Origin: Candidatus Latescibacterota bacterium
GTDB lineage: Bacteria; Krumholzibacteriota; Krumholzibacteriia; WVZY01
Reading direction: 5' to 3'
DNA length: 64,000 nt
Assembly (NCBI GenBank): GCA_011772205.1
Contig: WVZY01000076.1
Location: forward strand, 5,092-69,091
Within the stretch, counting starts at the first letter, position 1. Every line of letters starts with the position of its first letter. The position numbers and the translations under genes are program-made. Shown one piece after another: positions 8,814 through 17,349 of the stretch. The notes beneath the pieces were generated by a model. It saw nothing but the letters and a program-made list of their open reading frames with translations, was not told the DNA's origin and did no database searches.

Positions 8814-10796
8814 TCAGAATCGCCCGGTTAGGTAAACGCTGAAGAGATTTGTGAGAGATTCGCTATCCTGATCACTCCAAGTAATCCTGCCATCGATCCG
8901 CTGATATTGCAATTGTACAGAACTGTTTTTATTGAGACCGTATCGGGTGGTTACTACAAGTGCTTTTCGAACTTCATCGAAGGGACTGACGCTTCCTTTT
9001 CTCCATTTCCCGTGATCCAGCCACCCTACACCTCCGCCCAATCCATTCGGCAGTTCAACATCGATCGATGCACCCAATAATGATGCTTTCTCCCTGTCAG
9101 CTCCAGTTACGAGGACTTCCAACTCGCGAAGCCTTTTGTAGAAAAGTGAGACGACGGCAACATCCCTGAAGACCGGAATATCAGTGGAGAACCGGACACC
9201 CTCTCTATCCGGCTCGTATGAGAGGGCAGCGAATGGCGAGTAAAAGTTCGCGGTCAAGTAGAGATAATCCGCTCGGAATCTCCAGACAGGTAACCGTTCG
9301 AAAACGACGCCCGCAATGCCGCCTCTGCCCTCAACTTTGAGAAGATCATCGCAGCAACTCACACCGAAACCATGGCTCTTTGCCTGATTCCACACTATCC
9401 ACTCGCCTCTCAAATCGACAGAACGAACAATTGGGACGTTCCAGGTAGCCGTTATGAGTATCGATTCATTCCAGGGATACACAACTGGATAGCCCAGCCG
9501 GATGAAATCCACCGAATGGCGGTTTTCCCAGCTTCCTACTAGATGGAGTCCGGCTTTCCAAGAGGAGCCCGTGCGCGAATCGAATTTTTTCCAAAGAGAT
9601 TCGAATCCATATATCTCGAGGGAGTAATCTGCCCTCTCTGCACCCGTGGAACGAACTTCCAGATAGGTTGTCTCCGTTGCCCTCCGGGGAATTGCATAGA
9701 AAGCGCGTGTCTCTATATTGGGACTCCGGTAAAAAGTGATGCCTCCCTCGAACGTGAGCTCGGGATTCAGCTCTTCCAGGCTCTTCACGAGAAGAATGCC
9801 CGCCGTTGCACCACAGCCGCAGCTTGCGTTGCCTCCAACTCGTGGATTATCGTCCCAATCCCAGCGCATCAATGTGAGAGGTGTCATGAAGATTTCATAA
9901 TAGCCGAGCCTCAAAAGGAATCTTCTAGCCGTTATTTCAGCGTAGGCGCTCCCCCATTCGGATCCCAAATATTTCGGTCCCGCTTCGAGGACTTCTTTGC
10001 CTTCGTTGCTGATCCGGAGGAGGCCGCCGATTCTCACGTGCCTTCCGAGCCTACGGGACATTTCGAGTTCGAACCTGAAGAGGAGATTGTTGCCGGGATG
10101 CACCTCTTCACCGTAGGGTCCTGCTGCGTCCATTCCTCGAGCATCTATACCGAGAAAACGGATCCTCTGATCCCCTCGAAACACGATTCCTCCAAGATAG
10201 CGCACACCCTCGTCTGCTTCTTCGCCGCCCGGCACTGCGACTTCTTCCACCTCCCGACCGGCGATACTTACCTTCTCGGCTGCGAGCATCTCTTTCATGA
10301 TCGCTTGGATGTCGCCTTCCGGATCGGGCTTGCGGGCGATGATCTCTCCGCGCTGATCCACGAGGAACAGTGTGAACGTCCCGAGTGGCGCGTTATAGTT
10401 CTGTGCAGCTTCGCCACCGGTGTCCCAGGCTTGGGGGAAGGTAATGCCGTTGGCTTCGATCAGCTGGCTGACTTCGAACAGATTCCCTTCATCGAGGTGG
10501 ATTCCAAATACGCCGATGTTTTCGGTTGCGTGATCCTGGTAGAAAAGTTCGCAGCCCGTGAGCAGTTCGACACAATGGGGACAACCGCTCTCCCAGAACA
10601 CCAGAAACGTATATGCGTGTGAGGAGAAAAGTTCGCGGGAGTTCATGTAACCGTCACCGCTCAAAAGGGGCATATCGAATAACGGCGCCCTGCTGCCGGG
10701 TACAGCGGATTGAGGATTCTCAGCGGCGACCGGAGCCGGTACGGTCTGAGGCAAAAGGAAAAGGGCGAACGTAAGTATGCTGGGAACTGCTTTCAT
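8814..10796 (-). CDS. TlpA/ResA-like redoxin domain fused to a probable outer-membrane beta-barrel
   Basis: Signal peptide (MKAVPSIL...), FWESGCPHC thioredoxin motif, amphipathic beta-strands ending in terminal Phe (YLTGRF), plus CGCG and CC motifs. Confidence 0.7.
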   Translation of the reverse strand: MKAVPSILTFALFLLPQTVPAPVAAENPQSAVPGSRAPLFDMPLLSGDGYMNSRELFSSHAYTFLVFWESGCPHCVELLTGCELFYQDHATENIGVFGIHLDEGNLFEVSQLIEANGITFPQAWDTGGEAAQNYNAPLGTFTLFLVDQRGEIIARKPDPEGDIQAIMKEMLAAEKVSIAGREVEEVAVPGGEEADEGVRYLGGIVFRGDQRIRFLGIDARGMDAAGPYGEEVHPGNNLLFRFELEMSRRLGRHVRIGGLLRISNEGKEVLEAGPKYLGSEWGSAYAEITARRFLLRLGYYEIFMTPLTLMRWDWDDNPRVGGNASCGCGATAGILLVKSLEELNPELTFEGGITFYRSPNIETRAFYAIPRRATETTYLEVRSTGAERADYSLEIYGFESLWKKFDSRTGSSWKAGLHLVGSWENRHSVDFIRLGYPVVYPWNESILITATWNVPIVRSVDLRGEWIVWNQAKSHGFGVSCCDDLLKVEGRGGIAGVVFERLPVWRFRADYLYLTANFYSPFAALSYEPDREGVRFSTDIPVFRDVAVVSLFYKRLRELEVLVTGADREKASLLGASIDVELPNGLGGGVGWLDHGKWRKGSVSPFDEVRKALVVTTRYGLNKNSSVQLQYQRIDGRITWSDQDSESLTNLFSVYLTGRF

Positions 10797-11009
10797 TGAT
10801 ATCAGTATGATTGAGTACGCGTCCCAAGATGCCCGCAGCTCAAGATTGTACACCGAGTGCAAGCGCGACACAGCGGAAATCGCACCATTGTCTCAGCAAA
10901 TTTCTCGCATTTCGCCGAGATATTTACTGAGACAGAGAGGCGAAGATGTAGTATCATCAAGGCTCTATGTAAACGTAACGATCTCGAAACACTAGATTTT
11001 GGAGCGGTG

Positions 11010-11651
11010 ATGCAAAATTTCCTGGCACAATGCGAAGAGGCCGTTTTAAAAGGCGAAAAAGCGCGAGCGGTGGATCTCGCCGCATCCGCCCTGGATAAAG
11101 GCTATGATCTCCTGGAGGTCATCGAAGGCGGTTTTTCAAAAGGAATCCGGAAGGCCGGAGAGCTGTGGGAAAAGGGTGAGTACTTCCTCCCGGAGCTTGC
11201 CTTCAGCGCGGAAGCGATGAAGGACGCTATGGAAGTGCTCCAACCCGGTCTGCTCGAGAGTAGCGAGCAGAGTCGCACAAAAGGGAAAGTGGTCATTGGA
11301 ACCATCCAGGGCGACATACACGACATTGGCAAGACGCTGGTCGCAACCATGCTGGCGGCAAATGGTTACAACGTCATCGATTTGGGAGCGGACGTCGCTT
11401 ATTCGAGATTCATCGAAGAAGTGAAGAATCAAAAACCGGAGCTTCTTTGTATGTCCGCCTTGCTCACCACGACAATGGCCGGGCAGGGACATGTCATCTC
11501 CCAGCTCGAAGAAGGGGGACTGAGGTCGCAAGTAAAGGTAATGGTTGGAGGGGCGCCGACGACTGCGGCCTGGGCGGAGGAAATCGGCGCAGATGGTTAC
11601 GCGGAGAATGCAGTCGAAGCGGTTCAGAAGGCGAACTCGCTTCTAATATAA
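11010..11651 (+). CDS. Corrinoid (B12-binding) protein
   Basis: Cap domain YFLPEL, GDIHDIGK, SALLTTT, VMVGGAP. Confidence 0.92.
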   Translation: MQNFLAQCEEAVLKGEKARAVDLAASALDKGYDLLEVIEGGFSKGIRKAGELWEKGEYFLPELAFSAEAMKDAMEVLQPGLLESSEQSRTKGKVVIGTIQGDIHDIGKTLVATMLAANGYNVIDLGADVAYSRFIEEVKNQKPELLCMSALLTTTMAGQGHVISQLEEGGLRSQVKVMVGGAPTTAAWAEEIGADGYAENAVEAVQKANSLLI

Positions 11652-11833
11652 AAAAGTGTCCCGCAAGAGACCGACCAACGGCGTGCTGCACCTGATGGCT
11701 TCGAGTGCTGGCCAACCTTCTTGGAATGATCGATGTCTTTTTTGACGAAGCGGAGACACGCTGAGTGGAATCGGACTTAGTGATACTAAAAACTATTTGA
11801 GGATCATTAGAAACGATAGGACGCAGGAAAACG

Positions 11834-12787
11834 ATGACAGGCAAAATTGACCTTATCGAGCATTTTCGTAAAGGCAATGTTCTTTTTGATGGCGCGATGG
11901 GTAGCATGCTGATTGCCAAGGGGCTCCAGACAGGAAAACCTCCTGAAGAGTGGAACCGGTCCAAACCGTCCATCGTGCTTCAGATTCACAAATCTTATTT
12001 GGAGGCCGGCGCGCACATTATCGAAACGAACACCTTCGGCAGTACGCCTTCCCGTATGGCAAGCTTTGGCCTCGGTGACGAAGCGGGAGAATTGAACGTT
12101 GCTGCCGTCCGGTTAGCGAGGGAAGCCATCGCCGGTTTCAACCACGATCGTTCGGGGAAAAAAGGCGTTGCAAAATCCAATAACGAGATTGTACCTGGTT
12201 CTGCCGGCAGGTTCGTAGCATTCTCCATCGGTCCAACCGGCAAGATGCTCCCTCCGGTGGGGAACGCGAGCGAAGAGGAAATCAGAGCAGAATTTACCCA
12301 TCAGATAGAAAGCATCCGGAATGATGTCGATCTCTTCCTCATCGAGACGATCTTCGACACGAGAGAAGGGATCATAGCACTGGATGCCGCGAAAGCGCTC
12401 ACGACCGTTCCCGTCGCCGTGACTCTTACTTTCAGCAAGAATCCTCGCGGATTCTTCACGATTATGGGAGACGAAGCAAAAGATGCGATCGGGAAGCTCG
12501 AAAGAACCGGAGCGGATATAGTCGGCGCAAACTGTACGATCGCCAGCAAGGACATGGTGGAACTCGCACGGATACTGAGGGACAGCACATCCCTCCCGAT
12601 ACTTTGCCAGCCTAACGCCGGAAGTCCAACTGTGAAGGGAGGGATCCCTGTTTACGAGCAGCGACCGGAAGAATTCGCTGACGACGCCATACGGATTTTG
12701 GCCGAGGGGATTAACGCGGTTGGCGGTTGTTGCGGGACGACTCCTGAATTCATTCGCGAGGCTGCCGACAGGATGATCCGCCGGTGA
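11834..12787 (+). CDS. Homocysteine S-methyltransferase domain protein
   Basis: DGAMG, ETNTFG, GANC, PNAG and GGCCGT Zn ligands. Confidence 0.92.
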   Translation: MTGKIDLIEHFRKGNVLFDGAMGSMLIAKGLQTGKPPEEWNRSKPSIVLQIHKSYLEAGAHIIETNTFGSTPSRMASFGLGDEAGELNVAAVRLAREAIAGFNHDRSGKKGVAKSNNEIVPGSAGRFVAFSIGPTGKMLPPVGNASEEEIRAEFTHQIESIRNDVDLFLIETIFDTREGIIALDAAKALTTVPVAVTLTFSKNPRGFFTIMGDEAKDAIGKLERTGADIVGANCTIASKDMVELARILRDSTSLPILCQPNAGSPTVKGGIPVYEQRPEEFADDAIRILAEGINAVGGCCGTTPEFIREAADRMIRR

Positions 12788-12829
12788 GTGGAGAACGGAA
12801 CGCACTAGCGGCCAAGGAAGCATCAGGCT

Positions 12830-13498
12830 GTGAGTAAGCTGCATCGATCAAGAGGATTCCAAATCGCAGTTAATAGAGTAGAAATCGCGCGGGTTCTCGG
12901 ATACAGGCGCAGTCGGATCCCCAAACGTGTGCGCGTGGTCCTTGACGAGATAGAGCCCACGGCCCGGGAGTTCGTCTCCCCTGCCTGTGTTTATCGTTAT
13001 ATGGTTCATGAAGAGCTATCTCAATCGGAGTACCTGCGCTGTTTGGATCAGGTGGTCCTCTGTCTCGTTACAATCGGCGGCCGCCTGGAGGAGGAAGTGG
13101 AACGGTACAAGCATGAAGGGGACCTGAGTCGGGCGCTGATCCTGGATACGTACGGATCTGCGGCGGCTGAGGCGGCAGCGGATGCAGCTGAAATGATGAT
13201 CCAAAGGGAAATCAGTTGCAAAGAACTGAAGTGCAGTTCCAGGTTCAGCCCGGGTTACGGCGAGTGGGATGTGGTGGAGCAGAGATGGATCCTTCCCGCC
13301 CTTCAAAGCGAATCCCTTGGTGTTCATCTTACCGAGGGCTGCATGATGGTTCCGAGAAAATCGATCACGTTCGCCGTCACCTATGGTGAGACTCCTGTCT
13401 CGCTTCGCGACGAGGGGATGTGCGAGGTTTGCGGGATGGTGAATTGTAGGTTCAAACGCATGGGTGGAGAGCACCCTGAAACAAGGAAAGAGAAATGA
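12830..13498 (+). CDS. Methionine synthase B12 reactivation domain (stand-alone)
   Basis: RFSPGYG and MMVPRKSIT motifs; C-terminal CxxCxxxxC. Confidence 0.85.
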   Translation: MSKLHRSRGFQIAVNRVEIARVLGYRRSRIPKRVRVVLDEIEPTAREFVSPACVYRYMVHEELSQSEYLRCLDQVVLCLVTIGGRLEEEVERYKHEGDLSRALILDTYGSAAAEAAADAAEMMIQREISCKELKCSSRFSPGYGEWDVVEQRWILPALQSESLGVHLTEGCMMVPRKSITFAVTYGETPVSLRDEGMCEVCGMVNCRFKRMGGEHPETRKEK

Positions 13499-14982
13499 AA
13501 GACGTTCATCGGCCCAAGATCAAGATGCTCTCGGAAGAAAATGTAAGGCAAATCGTCGGAGAAGCGCTCAAGACGCTTGCGGAAGTGGGTGTCTTCGTCG
13601 AAAACGATGAGGCAATCGAGCTCCTCGCGAGCGCCGGGGCGAAAGTCGCTGATGATCGAAAGAGGGTGTTCATCCCCGAGGAACTGTGCAATAAGTGCAT
13701 AAAAACAGTTCCCAGCTCCTACTCACTATACGATAGGGAGGGAAATGAAGTCGCCCGGATAGGTGGAGACGACGTGTTGTTCGACCCCGGTTCGGCAGCA
13801 ATTTATATCTATGATTTTCCAGAACAGAGGATTAGGAAGCCAGCAACCCAGGATGTCGTCGAATTCGTTATTCTCTCCGATGCGCTTCCGGCATTCAAAG
13901 CCCAAAGCACCGGCGTCGTGCCCGACGACCTGCCCGAAGACCTCGCAGACAGGTACCGGCTGTTCCTCGCTCTCATTTATGGGAATAAGCCCGTCGTTAC
14001 CGGGACGTTCACAAAAGAGGCATTTCCGACGATGCTCGCATTTCTCGTATCCGTGCGCGGTGGGAAGGAAGCATTGAAAGAAAAGCCGCTCGCCATATTC
14101 GACTGCTGTCCATCACCGCCCCTCATGTGGAGTGATCTTACGTGCCAGGCGCTGATCGACTGTGCCAGGAACGGCATACCCGCAGAACTCGTTTCCATGC
14201 CCCTTACGGGCGCCACCTCTCCGGTGACCCTGGCGGGTGCTCTCGTCCAACACACGGCTGAGGATCTGAGCGGCATCGTGATTCATCAGCTGGCAAATCC
14301 GGGGGCACCGATCAACTATGGCGGCTCACCCGCGTGTTTCGATATGCGGAAAGGCACCACGCCCATGGGAGCAGTGGAGACGATGATGATCGATGCCGCC
14401 TACGCCCAGATTGGAAAGTCATTCGGATTCCCCGTTCACGCATACATGGGACTGAGTGATGCAAAGCTTCCCGACTACCAGGCGGGATTCGAAACGGCCA
14501 TGGGAGCAACGATCGCTGCGCTGGCGGGAGTCAATGTGATATCGGGTCCCGGAATGCTCAATTTCGAGAGCTGCCAGAGTCTCGAAAAACTGGTCATTGA
14601 CAATGAGATTTGTGCGATGGCCGACAGGTTGATCGACGGCATCGCATTCCGCGAGGATGTGGTGGGATTCAATATTCTTCGCGAATTCGCCGACAGCAAA
14701 TCCTTCCTTACCTCGGAGCACACGAGGCGCTTCTTCAGAGAGGAAGTCTACTACCCTTCCAATGTGGTCGACCGTTCGACGGAGGGTGAGTGGGAAAAGG
14801 ACGGATCACTCTGCACGGCGGAAAGAGCGCACAGAAAAGTGCGCGAGGTTCTGGACAAGCCGGAAATCGTACCGCCTGGCAAAGCCGTCGTCGATGAGCT
14901 CGAATCGGTCATGAAAGCGGACGCGAAGAAATACGGAATCGACGAACTTCCCGATTGGAGATGCTACTTGGGCTCCGGTTGA
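13495..14982 (+). CDS. Trimethylamine methyltransferase (MttB superfamily), non-pyrrolysine
   Basis: GATSPVTLAGALVQ, DMRKG, SDAKLPDYQAGFE, GPGMLNFE (Met at the Pyl site); no in-frame TAG. Confidence 0.9.
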   Translation: MKDVHRPKIKMLSEENVRQIVGEALKTLAEVGVFVENDEAIELLASAGAKVADDRKRVFIPEELCNKCIKTVPSSYSLYDREGNEVARIGGDDVLFDPGSAAIYIYDFPEQRIRKPATQDVVEFVILSDALPAFKAQSTGVVPDDLPEDLADRYRLFLALIYGNKPVVTGTFTKEAFPTMLAFLVSVRGGKEALKEKPLAIFDCCPSPPLMWSDLTCQALIDCARNGIPAELVSMPLTGATSPVTLAGALVQHTAEDLSGIVIHQLANPGAPINYGGSPACFDMRKGTTPMGAVETMMIDAAYAQIGKSFGFPVHAYMGLSDAKLPDYQAGFETAMGATIAALAGVNVISGPGMLNFESCQSLEKLVIDNEICAMADRLIDGIAFREDVVGFNILREFADSKSFLTSEHTRRFFREEVYYPSNVVDRSTEGEWEKDGSLCTAERAHRKVREVLDKPEIVPPGKAVVDELESVMKADAKKYGIDELPDWRCYLGSG

Positions 14983-15251
14983 TGAATCCTATCAAAACCT
15001 CATTCTTAACCCTCATGCGTCGAAAACGATCCTCGAGCGTCCCTTGAGTACCCCTCGGCTCATGGTCCTCGCGCGCGTCTAAAGTTGTAGAGCGCTACGG
15101 AAATCGCCTCAGGGCAACCAAGGCATGCTGATTATTGTGGACCCTATCATATCGCACCGCATTGCGCTGACGTCAGGGGCATTTTTTTAAAGCATTAAGG
15201 CCGATATCGTCTGGAAATCTAAGGGGACATCAATCGAGATTCAAGATGCAT

Positions 15252-15788
15252 TCAAATGACGCCCCTGGCTTTCAAGGTATCGATAAACTCCTGCACAACA
15301 CCTTCCATGAATAGCTGATAATTGGGGTATTTCGTCTTCTCATCCATAACTTTGATATAGGGTCCGGCCTCCTGTGTCAGACTATCCAGCGTTCGCCATG
15401 CAAGATGTACAGGGCTTCCCCAATCTGCAGAAGATAAATATTCATATCCAACCTGCAACGTATCATTGAAGCCATCCAGGTTCAATTCCGTGGAATCATT
15501 TTGACTGAGGCGCAAAATGAAGCGAATGTCTTCTTGTAAATGGACGTTATTCGACTCGAAAACTCGATTGATGATTTGGCGAGCTTCGTTTTCCGTTACC
15601 ATGTCCGCCATCACCGGCGGTGGACCTACGGTACCGGCACTGTCGCAAGACTCGATTAGAGCAATCATTGCCAATGTCATGGCTCCACGTTTTAAAAGGT
15701 TCCCCGGGAAGGAGGGAGGCTTTCGAAAATAGAGTCCCTCCGGGTATTTAGCTAGATCATAATTCTTGGTCTTTTGAATCTGCAGCAT
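15252..15788 (-). CDS. Radical SAM-associated putative lipoprotein
   Basis: Overlaps the rSAM stop. N-terminal 'NYDLAKYP' leader, short hydrophobic stretch, IESC lipobox-like motif, then GTVGPPP..TENEA. Confidence 0.6.
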   Translation of the reverse strand: MLQIQKTKNYDLAKYPEGLYFRKPPSFPGNLLKRGAMTLAMIALIESCDSAGTVGPPPVMADMVTENEARQIINRVFESNNVHLQEDIRFILRLSQNDSTELNLDGFNDTLQVGYEYLSSADWGSPVHLAWRTLDSLTQEAGPYIKVMDEKTKYPNYQLFMEGVVQEFIDTLKARGVI

Positions 15789-16944
15789 CTCGTCTCCCCT
15801 TTCTGACCATGCAATCTTCTATGTATGATGAGATCGGGAATGTTTTCTCGTAGAATTTGCGCTTGAACAGCTCAGAATTCTTGCTCCAGAGTTTGTTTGC
15901 CAACCGATCGACGATAGGCATTAGCATCCGTTCGTGCTCGCAAATGATTGGAGGGATATGATTTAATTGCCCTGTTGCGCGCCAGTTGACGCATCCGCAG
16001 TACGTAGCGCAGCGACCTTCGAGAGCACATCCAGAACATGATTTCTTCTCCGAATAATTCTGTTCTATGTAATAACGTCGACGCGAGTCGTCGAATCCGT
16101 TGAATACATCGCCTATTGAGTGCTTCTGATGCCATTGATTGTCGGTACCGATGAACTGAACACATGGGTAGATACGTCCGGAGGCTGCTATGGCGATCTG
16201 GGAATTTGCCAGGTCGCACAGATCGCCATTGTCGTACCGTTTTTGTGCGTGGGTTTTTATTCGTTCATCAAACGGGCTGTAATAGATCTTTACCCCATTC
16301 AATATCTTTTCATAGTAGTGATGAGATAGTTTCTTGTACTGCTCTCTCAAAAGCTTGATGTGTTTTTCCCGCCATTGAGCTGAATAATCAAGTGTTTGCA
16401 AGATATAATGAAAGCCTTTCGTGAGTAAATCTTGGACACCTGACGCTAAGTATATTGCGGTTTCCGGCACGACAACAGATACAGCGGGCGTGTAGGGATT
16501 GAATTCGAAAATTTCATCCAGGAGTCTGACTGCTGAACGGTAGGAGCCTGTGTCGCAGAGATAACGCCTGGTTTTATTATGTTGCTCTTCGCTTCCGTCT
16601 ATGCTCAAGACGAAATAGATCTCTTTTTCTTTCAGATAAGCGAGAGTATCCTGGTTGAGCAGCGTTCCATTGGTGCTCATTCGGAATTTGATTTTTCCTT
16701 TGTGCTCGAGATGGCAGTACGCCACTATCTCCTTCATCAAATCGAAAGCCAGAAGGGGCTCACCTCCGAAAAATGTGACGATGCAGGAACGATCTGAGTT
16801 ATCACAGAGAAAATCAACTGCTCGCCTTGCTGTCTCAAAATTCATGCTTTTTTTCAGCTTCTTGCCGGTGTAGCAATAGGTGCAGCGAAGATTACAGTTA
16901 TGCGTCAAGCACAACGCCGCAAATTTTATTTTGGAAAACTCCAT
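15757..16944 (-). CDS. Radical SAM/SPASM-domain protein
   Basis: CNLRCTYC, FFGGEPLL, SIDG; SPASM Cys set (C...GRIYPC...CSGC...CATYCGC...C). Confidence 0.92.
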   Translation of the reverse strand: MEFSKIKFAALCLTHNCNLRCTYCYTGKKLKKSMNFETARRAVDFLCDNSDRSCIVTFFGGEPLLAFDLMKEIVAYCHLEHKGKIKFRMSTNGTLLNQDTLAYLKEKEIYFVLSIDGSEEQHNKTRRYLCDTGSYRSAVRLLDEIFEFNPYTPAVSVVVPETAIYLASGVQDLLTKGFHYILQTLDYSAQWREKHIKLLREQYKKLSHHYYEKILNGVKIYYSPFDERIKTHAQKRYDNGDLCDLANSQIAIAASGRIYPCVQFIGTDNQWHQKHSIGDVFNGFDDSRRRYYIEQNYSEKKSCSGCALEGRCATYCGCVNWRATGQLNHIPPIICEHERMLMPIVDRLANKLWSKNSELFKRKFYEKTFPISSYIEDCMVRKGRRDAADSKDQEL

Positions 16945-17118
16945 GGAAGTGCACCGGATTTGAATAAGTCCAGATATGGGTGGGGATTTGCTCAGGGGGC
17001 AGCGCCAGCTTCAAGCTTAAATATGCTTGAGGTCGCATAGAACGTCAACATGATTGGAGACCGAGGCCGCTAAGTTTTTTCTGGCTGCCACGGCATGTAG
17101 CCACCCGAGCTAATTGGG

Positions 17119-17147
17119 TTGAAGAAGCTAACCAAAGATGTTATAAT
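17119..17147 (+). promoter_or_regulatory. Sigma70-type promoter
   Basis: TTGAAG, 17-nt spacer, TATAAT with extended -10 TG. Confidence 0.65.
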
Positions 17148-17349
17148 AAATTATGCTGCGCCGGCCTCCGGAGGCGTAGCATAGGGCGAATGGAGCCGAT
17201 AACGTTCCCTCGCCGCTCAATCGCCTTATAAATTAATAGAGACTGCTTGGTTCAGCATTCGCCCACTCTGTTCATTTCTGTGCTTTGCTATCGAATCCAT
17301 CATATGAGCTTCTTTCCCTAACCTTGGTGACTCTTATATAACTGGGGGT

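Noticed and set aside
13495..14982. Pyrrolysine in MttB
   Set aside because: No in-frame TAG; Met occupies the position.
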